Assembly (NCBI GenBank): GCA_964016885.1
Contig: OZ024753.1
Span: 10,788,001-10,852,000, forward strand
Length of the DNA stretch: 64,000 nt
Source of the DNA: Eledone cirrhosa
Lineage: Eukaryota
Reading direction: 5' to 3'
The notes under the pieces are model-generated. The model searched no databases. It worked only from the letters and a program-made list of their open reading frames with translations, and was not told the DNA's origin. This document shows, one piece after another, positions 55,012-64,000 of this stretch; position 1 is the stretch's first letter; every line of letters starts with the position of its first letter. Position numbers and translations under genes: made by a program.

Positions 55012-55580
55012 TGCAACCTGTCCTATGGTAGGGTCATTGGCGACTAAACTGGCAACCCCACCAAGGTTTCTTGGTGAGGAGGGTGACTTTGGACATCCTG
55101 CAGGACTAAAAACAAAACCTGTCAAAGGGCAAAGGAGCTCTTAAGAGTCAATGGCCATCCAAAATCACCGGGAGAGATGACCCCTTAGCCTTTGTCAAGG
55201 CAGAATTCTAGAAGAAGGAAAACTCTGATATAACACCTGCATCCCTGATGGTATCCAATGATGTTGACTTGTTCTTCTTTTTGGTAAATATAATCTTGGT
55301 TAAGAGAGTGGGACTGGCTTTGTGCAGTGCCTTTGCTCACTATAAAAGCTTCACGGCACAGGCATTGCTTTATATCTGGAGATCTCTCTGCACTTGTCCT
55401 CACATGGTACCATGGGCCCAGCACTATGTGTCAATAATTGTCACAAGTGTAGTGTTTGTACCAGAGTTTTCAAGTCGCTGGCTGGACTAGAAAGTCACAC
55501 TCGTTCAGCACATCGGTGGGAGTTCTCCTACATGGATATAAAGTAGTGGCCGTACTCGAAAACGAGTTGGCAGCCACCAT
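55012..55580 (+). mobile_element. Non-autonomous RTE-derived element, near-identical copy with complete 3' end and (gtat)n tail
   Basis: KCSVCTRVFKSLAGLESHTRSAH; ends gtactcgaaaacgagttggcagccaccat. Partial copies at 46630-46848 (+) and 48527-48780 (-). Confidence 0.65.
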
Positions 55581-55592
55581 GTATGCATGCAA

Positions 55593-55627
<35 letters not shown>

Positions 55628-55904
55628 TGTATGTATGTATGTATGTATGTATGTATGTATGAATGAATAGGTTTGAATCTGTGTCGTTTTAGTGATAACG
55701 TATAGAGGGAATTACATCGTTGTAGGGAGTCGGTTGATTATCTCCAACTTCGTCATCACTGCCATCATCATCATCGTCATCATCGTTATCATCATTTTCA
55801 TCGTCGTCGTCGTCGTCATCATCATCATTATTATCAGAATCGTCCTCATCAGGAATCAGGTTCCTAATCATCATCATCATTTCTCATTTTTTTTCCTTTC
55901 TTTT

Positions 55905-56083
55905 TCTTGTTGACGTCATCAGGTCGCTGAAATCTGGGGTCTTGTTGACGTCATCACGTCGCTGAAATCTGAGGTCTTGCTGATGTCATCACGTCGCTGA
56001 AATCTGGAGTCTTGTTGACGTCATCACGTCGCTGAAATCTGGGGTCTTGCTGATGTCATCACGTCGCTGAAATCTGGGGTCTT
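55905..56083. repeat. 35-bp tandem repeat x5, three with TGACGTCA
   Basis: cttgttgacgtcatcacgtcgctgaaatctggggt. Confidence 0.9.
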
Positions 56084-56167
56084 TATATCATTTATGCTAC
56101 ATTGCAAATAATAAAGATTCTTGATGTGTGGCTTTTATCTAACCATCGTTACTTGATGGTTTGGTGA

Positions 56168-56198
<31 letters not shown>

Positions 56199-56376
56199 AG
56201 TGGTGGTGGTAGTGGTGGTAGTGGTGGTGGTAGTGGTAGTGGTGGTGGTGGCGGCGGTAAAAGTGGTGGTCGTAGAAATGGAGGTAGTAGTAGGTATGGT
56301 TGTAATGGTGGTGGTAGTGGTGGTAGCTGGGAAGGTGGTGGTCAAAGGGATGGTTTTAATGGCAGTTGTCATAATG

Positions 56377-56426
<50 letters not shown>

Positions 56427-56709
56427 CCTTGTAATGGTGGCGGTCGTGCTTGTAAGTGTTGCTTGTGCTGGTGGTGGTGGTGGTTGTAAAAGTGGTGGCG
56501 GTTGTAAAGTGGTGGTGGTTGTAAAGTAATGGTCTTGGTGACTGTAAAGGTAGTCGAGATGGAGGGTTTGTGGTTTGTCCCGAGATGCGAGATAAACCAC
56601 AATCACTCCATCTCAATTCTACTTTTGAAAAGCATAAGAACTGTGAAACCGGTAAAGGAAATAAATAAATATTCTTAAAAAGACTTCAGTTGCATTTTCA
56701 CTTTCTTTT

Positions 56710-56750
<41 letters not shown>

Positions 56751-56990
56751 AATAGTGAAAACAATGAAATTAAACAAAATACGGGTAATTCATAGTAAAA
56801 CTCATTATTTTACGATCGTTTCTGGGGCGTAGTTCTCCGTATGTTCATTCTATTAGTGATCTATGTAAAATATATTACATATATAACATTTCAGATGCTA
56901 GTCCGTCATCAGAAGAAAGAATGGAAAATAAGATAGAGTGAAGGGACGAGCGGGTTGGAATTGGAAAAAATGTCTACATATATATGTATA

Positions 56991-57187
56991 TAGGAACGAG
57001 TAGGACCCCGACGGCTGAGCTCAAGCCATTTCGACGGCTAATTCTAGAGTCCAGAATTAGCCGTCGAAACGGCTTGAGCTCAGCTGTCGGGGTCCTACTC
57101 GTTCCTATTACCCACTCTACTACCCTAAGTATTGAGTACTTTGGTGTGTTATGGTCCACTTGGTTCTTTACCACATTTCCTTCGTTA
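56991..57187 (+). mobile_element. Hairpin+tail insert, family 1
   Basis: Arms taggaacgagtaggacccc...aattct / ...agaatt...ctcgttccta and same tail; TA-rich flanks. A tail-only remnant lies at ~59181-59243. Confidence 0.7.
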
Positions 57188-57193
57188 TATATG

Positions 57194-57235
<42 letters not shown>

Positions 57236-57420
57236 AACTCACACTTAATGGAACGACACACATTCGATGCCGTCAGCCACTTGTATTGATTATTGATTTA
57301 CATATATATAGTTCAATTATATTTGTATGATTTATTATGAGCATAAAATATATTTGTATACAATCTAATAATTTCGTTTATAGTGTTTATAGTCGTGTGA
57401 GCGCGCACACACACACACAA

Positions 57421-57503
<83 letters not shown>

Positions 57504-57946
57504 CACATATGTATATACATACATATATATACATACATATACACAAACATGCATACGTTCATACACATACATACTTACATACACATACACACGCGCACAC
57601 GTATACATACATACACATACGCGCGCATACATACACACACGCACACACATACATACATACATACATATATATATATATATACATACATATACACAAACAT
57701 GCATACGTACATACACACGCGCACACGTATACATACATACACATACGCGCGCATACATATACACACACACACACGCATACACACACACACATACATACAT
57801 ATATATACGTATATACATACATATATATATATATACATACATATACACAAACATGCATACGTACACACATATATATACTTACACATACATACACACGCAC
57901 ACATGCATACACACACACACGCGCATACATACATACACACGTGCAT

Positions 57947-58008
<62 letters not shown>

Positions 58009-58431
58009 GCGTGTAAATGTATATTAGGCGTATATACATATTTATATGCATATATATATTTTCATCCACATCCACAAAAATACACGTGTGTATATGCGTT
58101 TTTGTATATATATATATATACACATATATATGTATGTGTATACATATATATGTATGTTTATTTATACATATATACATAATGTGTTGTATATGGTATAAAG
58201 TCGAAGATTTATGTATGACTGCTCCAACTTTCTCATGGGAAATTAGGTCATATACTCCCCTTTGGGGTTCTCAAACTGTTTAGATATAACGACAGAATAA
58301 ACCCCTTTGCTGTGGAGTTGTGTCGGGAAGGTGGGAATTTCGATAATTAAAAGATCTCAACAACAACCTGTCTGTTGGGAGGGACCAGCATATGTATGTG
58401 TGTGTGTATGTATACACACTCACACACATAT

Positions 58432-58470
<39 letters not shown>

Positions 58471-58604
58471 GGAATGAAAAATGGTGTGCTGTGTTGTTGC
58501 AAATGTGATATACAAATTAAAATGAGGAATTAGAAATAAGAAATAGAAGCGAGGACTAGAAGCCAGTAGTCTACTAGCCATCTTAGATATTTCTTCGTAT
58601 TAAA

Positions 58605-58632
<28 letters not shown>

Positions 58633-58639
<7 letters not shown>

Positions 58640-58860
58640 ATACTTTGGGAGGGTCATGTTGCCAATAAGAAACACACGCACCAGTTGCTTTCACTTCAAT
58701 TTATTATAATAAATTTATAAATTAATTATAATAAATTGAAGTGAAAGCAACTGGTGGATGTGTTTCTTATTGGCAACATGACCCTCCCAAAGTATAACAA
58801 TATCGGTTTCAACACACGATTTCAGATAAAGAATCTTGCTAAACAAATTCAGAAACGAAA
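58633..58860 (+). mobile_element. Hairpin+tail insert, family 2
   Basis: ~78-bp inverted arms (tattgttatactttgggagggtcatgttg...) plus ~58-bp tail tcggtttcaacacacg...cagaaacgaaa; in (TA)n. Confidence 0.65.
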
Positions 58861-59238
58861 AAAAAAAAAAAATTATATATATATATATATATAGATGAAG
58901 GCGTGTGGCTGAGTGGTTAGAGAATTGGATTCACAATCTTCAGGTTGTGAGTTCGATTCCCGGACCGGGCGATGCGTTATGCCCTTGAGCAAGACACTTT
59001 ATTTCACGTTGCTCCTTCTACCTGGAGTTGCGACCGATAGATAGTAATAGCAACTGGAAAGACCAACGGAAACATTGTTTCCTCGGTCCGATTTGACGAA
59101 AGTCGATCGATCCTATATATACATACAGGCTGCTCTTATTTTCTTATATATATATGTATGTATGTATATGAAAAAATTCAAATTACCCACTCTACTACCC
59201 TGGTGTGTAATGGTCTAACTGGTTTTTACCGCCTCCAA

Positions 59239-59281
<43 letters not shown>

Positions 59282-59361
59282 AAAAGGACCATCAAATATA
59301 TATAATTTTTATATAAGCAAATAGGACCGTCAAATATATATAACAATTTAAATATAACTTT

Positions 59362-59417
<56 letters not shown>

Positions 59418-59449
59418 GTTAAGAAGCACCAAAGAGCCAATATGCTATA

Positions 59450-59621
59450 AAACTAACACATGTTTCAACTGTTAGAGCTTTATCCCGAGGATGTGAAGTT
59501 ACAAAATCAGAAATTTTAGAATTGAAAAAAAAATTTTCCCATAAAATTTATTATCTAAATTTCCTTGTTTTTATATTGCGACCTTCGGGAATAGGCTCAA
59601 AAATCGGCATCATCAGAGTTT
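59450..59621 (-). ncRNA. Degenerate hammerhead motif with long stem II
   Basis: Minus strand: AAACT-CTGATGA-[143 nt with imperfect inverted repeat gagcctattcccgaag/cctcgggataaagctc]-GAAA-CATGTG-TT-AGTTT; adjacent to a (TA)n tract. Confidence 0.5.
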
Positions 59622-59755
59622 ATTTTCGTAAGTTATCAGCCTACATATAGATCGATTATAGAGGTGGCAGCCACAATAATATATACAGAAAGAATTTGTC
59701 CAACAACGTCTATCATTTGATTTTATTGAAATAAATTCTCTAGCTGTTTTCTTTT

Positions 59756-60122
59756 TAACTCTTTAGCATTTACATTACTCTATATATACTATTGTAATTT
59801 CATGGTAAAGGCTTTACCTCACATAATTATCTCACGTAGTATCGAATCTATGAGATTTTGATATTATCTATGTTGAGAACAATACCTTAACATAAATATG
59901 AGTGGCTAGCTACGGCCATTTTGAACAGAAAGAGATGTGAGAATTCTGGCCGGATATGGCCGGTTTAAATGCTAAAAAGTGTTAATCCTAAAAATATTAA
60001 CAAGCCAAAGATTAATCATATTAACCCATTTGACCTTCAGCCATGAATGACCACGAGTTTTGAACAGAAAGAGATGAGAGAATTCTGGCCGGATATGGCC
60101 AGTTTAAATGCTAAAGGGTTAA
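59756..60122 (+). mobile_element. piggyBac-type MITE (59756-59985) plus duplicated right end (~60056-60122)
   Basis: ttaactctttagcatttacattactc...ccggtttaaatgctaaa; second end aatgctaaagggttaa. Confidence 0.7.
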
Positions 60123-61149
60123 ATTTTAAACACACGAGAGAGAGATTTTGTCTATGAATTGCTTGGATAATATAATTTCATTGAACATTTTCTATTCACT
60201 TTAATACATATGTGAAACCTTAGCACATTTATATTTAAACACAACATTCTCACAGAGTAATTTCCCTCAGCTATATTATTAAATATTATAGGTCATTGTT
60301 TTTATCTTTCTAAATCTTACTTGCAGGAAGTTCCATCTTATATAAATATATTCCTGAAAAGTAGCATTATCGTCTTTTATGTCTTCTGACAGATAGCTTA
60401 ATGTTGCTTTCTGATAACTTTTAATCCCTTAAGGATAGCAAATTGTATCTAACTATCCGAGGATCTACAGTAAAACCCTCTCAGAATAATTGCTTCTACT
60501 TTTGGCACGAGGCCAGCAATTACCCCAGTACATTACTGGTGCTTTATTTTATCGACTCTGTAAGGATGAAAAGCAAAGTTAACCTCAGCAGGATTCGAAC
60601 TTAGAACGTAAAGGGCCATAACCCTCTGTAAATAATATAGGGAAACACACAAAGATAACATAGCCACTTTCTTCTCTTTGCTGTAATTATATTTCAAGTT
60701 GATGTTACATGATTTATATATGGATAGAGGTGGAGAATTGGCAGGGTCGTTAGAACGTCAGATAGAATGTTTAATGGTATTGGTTCCTACTCACTGTTCT
60801 TAGGGTTCAAATCCCACAGAGGTCAATTTTGTCTTTCATCCTTTCGAGGTCAATAAAAAAAAGTACCAGTCTAGTTCTAGGGTCGATTCTTTCTTTCTCT
60901 TGGAAGAAATCTACTGTACTCGGGCCTGGAGAGGGATGGGCTCCGCCAGGATAAAAAAAAAAATGACCCCCAAGAAATGCCGTATGTCAATACGGCGCTC
61001 CTACGACTCTATCAGGAGTTATGGGACCATAGCATATCATATATGAATAAAGGTATGGCATACTGTTCTAGTTGATGTAACGTTTGGATTATTACTTATG
61101 GCGGTGCCCCAGCATGGCCTCAGCCAGTCAGCTGGAACAAGTAAACGAA

Positions 61150-61333
61150 TACCATATTTCCCGGTGTCGAAGACGCTACTTTTTTCCTAAAATAACCCTC
61201 AAAAATCTACCATGCGTCCTGGAGGCCGAAGGTTATTTATTATTATTATTTTTTTTTTTTTTCAAATTTTCTGTTGTCAAAATTAGGGTGCGTCCTCGAG
61301 GACGAAGCGTCTTCGGCGCCGGGAAATACGGTA
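61150..61333 (-). mobile_element. MITE family A
   Basis: taccatatttcccgg...ggcgccgggaaatacggta, reverse orientation. Confidence 0.85.
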
Positions 61334-61636
61334 TATTTACAAAGTGTCTAAAGAAATAGGAAGTATAAGGCTAAGGTTAATATTGAAGAGTTATACATGG
61401 GGAGTAGGGGAAGTCGATTAAATCGAGCCCAGTACGTTACTTGTATTTTATTTTATCGATCCCGTAAGGATGAAAAGCAAAGTTATCTACTCCGGATTTG
61501 AACTCAATAATAATAATATATAAAGAAGAAAATAGAAGCCATTTTGAAGTATGCTATTCAAAGGGAAAAAAAATAGACAGATTCAACCTGCGCCCCCGAA
61601 GAACTTCAGCACTATTACTACTACTACTACTACTAC

Positions 61637-61667
<31 letters not shown>

Positions 61668-62240
61668 ACTAATACTAACTGCTCATGCTTCTCAATTTTG
61701 ACGAATGAATCACAACAGCAACAACATTAACACAACGAAGATAAATGAAGTGTAAACGATTTTTCTGAATTCAGATTTGATTCGTTTAACATTTCAAATA
61801 TCGAAGAAAAAGGAAAATTCCCCCTACGGTGAGAAGATCAAAACCCTCAGAACTTCTCCGAAAACAAAAACAACAAACCACCAAAAAGACTGAGGGCTAA
61901 AGAAAAAACAAAAAAAGACGAAACTTGGAAAATTCTAAAGTTTTCTTCCTTTTTCAATTTTAAAAGCTAAAAATGAAAATAAATAAAAACAAAATAATTA
62001 TTACGAAAAAATGAAATACAATTTATCAAAAGATTCTTATGAAAAAATATAAAAATATATATTAAATAAAACATTATTCGAGTGTATGTTTTTTCTTTCT
62101 TTTTTCGTTCGAGGTATGTAAAAAGAAAGCCACAAGGTATTGCAAGCCATTTTTGTAATGGCGTCTTCCCCATACATCACCCTTGTGGCAAAAAATTGTT
62201 ATCATTGTTGTTGCTGTTGTTGTTGTTATTATTATTGTTG

Positions 62241-62279
<39 letters not shown>

Positions 62280-63174
62280 AGATTTCTAACATTAAGTCAC
62301 CATTCTCTGACTCATGAAAAAAAAAAAGAACAAAGTAAAAAGAAAACAAAAATAAGATTAAAAGAAATCTCTAAAAAAAGAAGAAATATCAGACACATTG
62401 ATCCTCACCTTAGTAGAGAGAGTTGTTGGTTATTTGGCTAAAGACTAAGGGGACTTGATATTAATGCCAGATCTTTGGGGAGAACAGTTCTTGGTTGTAT
62501 CTGGATTAACCAAATGTTATTTAGATGTATTTTATTCCAGGTTAGAAGGAGAGATATACTGTTATAATATTTTGAGGTAGAGACTTTACTGAAAGGGTTG
62601 AGGTAGAGACTTTATTGAATGAAACAATAAAGGGGAAAAAATATTCAAATGTCACTTATATGCTGTCCCTTTGGGCCTCAGCAGGTGTCTCTGTCATTCC
62701 AGCTAGTTGCCTAACTGAAGAGTATTGTTGATGTAATGGACATTGCCAACGGCATAAACGATGACTTGCAGTGCTTATTCAAAGAAAACTCACACATCGA
62801 CCAATGTATAATGTCTGTGTATGCCAGTGTATGTGTGTATGGCAGCGTGTGTGTGTGTATGTCTGTGTATGTGTGTATGTCAGTGTATGTGTGTATGGCA
62901 GTGTAGGTATAGCTGTGTGAGAGATAGAGAGAGAAAGAGAAAGGTGGAGAAAGAGGGAGAGATAGAAGGAGAGAGACAGAGGTAGTGAGAGACCGATAAT
63001 GAGTGAGAAAGGGATAGTTTACAGTATATTCATGTCCAAAGGTCACACTCCTAAATTAATGAAGCCTATTCTAGATTATACTTTTTTCTTCATCATTTCT
63101 TTTTAAAGAAAGGATATCTAATACAGTTCTTGGCGCTGACCTTCATCTCATCAATGACTTTATCTTTTATATTA

Positions 63175-63212
<38 letters not shown>

Positions 63213-63540
63213 CATCGTCATCATATTTTTAGCTGATGGCAGACGGAATAATGATATTCTCTAAAATAGAAAAGGTTATTGCATTAAAGAATCATTTTAT
63301 TTGAATTATTCGTAATATTGAAATGAAGAGGGAATAAAAAACAAACAAAAAAAAAAAACACACCAAAATTAAACTCTCATAACAAACAAAATTATGAAAC
63401 TGTATTTCCAGAGAGAAGAAGAATAGACCCCAGTAGTAAACTGGTACTTTTTTTTATCGACCTCGAAAGGATGAAAGGCAAAGTTAACCTCGGCGGGATT
63501 TGAAGTCAGGGAGCAGAGAGATGGAACGAATACTCTAAAA

Positions 63541-63590
63541 CAGTGATTTTCAACCGGGGTCCATCAGTAAAAAAAGGTTGAGAACCCCTG
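63541..63590. mobile_element. 50-bp hAT (Charlie/Buster-type) mini-MITE inserted in a SINE
   Basis: TIRs cagtgattttcaacc / ggttgagaacccctg; 8-bp TSD ctctaaaa / ctctaaag. Confidence 0.75.
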
Positions 63591-63738
63591 CTCTAAAGCA
63601 TTCTATCCGACGTTCTAACGACTCTGGCAATTCGCCTTAAGTTTATTTGAGAGTGATAAATAAATAGTTATATAAAATTGTATGTGACCTGGACAGCAAA
63701 GAAATGATATTAAGTTATTACTGCTCTCTAGAGGTACA

Positions 63739-63792
<54 letters not shown>

Positions 63793-64000
63793 AATAAACG
63801 TGTTGCGTGGTTGCTAATGGGTTACATATGAATAAAGTTAGTCCTTCATCAGTGATCTTCCAACCATCATTGGTATTTCATCGCTTTAAAGACCACACAA
63901 CACACACACACAAACAAGATGGCGTAGGACAGAACAAAGGAGAGGCACACAAACAAAGAAAAGAATCCCCACTCACTGAAGAGGTCACAGAATGTGTGAC

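Noticed and set aside
60321-60353. 33-nt minus-strand micro-exon candidate (ttttcag...gtaaga)
   Set aside because: The phase needed to join the 16774 exon contains TAA; no homology recognised. RNA-seq could still show it as a UTR or non-adjacent exon.

Overview
Repeat-saturated animal genomic DNA, most likely octopus or another coleoid cephalopod (inferred from the SINE families and the very high microsatellite load). The only host coding sequence I can support is two minus-strand exons (16517-16774, 4114-4313). They splice in frame across a 12.2 kb intron to encode the Frizzled-type cysteine-rich domain of an Nrk/MuSK-like (Ror-family) receptor tyrosine kinase. The rest is intron or intergenic sequence: tRNA-derived SINEs, fragments of CRE, RTE, CR1/L2 and Vingi-like LINEs, mariner/piggyBac/hAT-type MITEs, microsatellites, and minisatellites, several grown from pieces of transposons. 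The most interesting signal is a set of hammerhead-ribozyme motifs in or beside (TA)n tracts: one apparently intact minimal hammerhead at 50132-50202 (-), degenerate ones, and a multi-copy family of 'hairpin + tail' inserts carrying the 3' half of a hammerhead. These look like Penelope-like retroelement or retrozyme footprints. A ~1.2 kb inversion with duplicated breakpoints and an array of ~20 perfect CRE (TGACGTCA) sites also stand out. All long ORFs in the track are artefacts of simple repeats. Family names are from motif recognition, not database searches.
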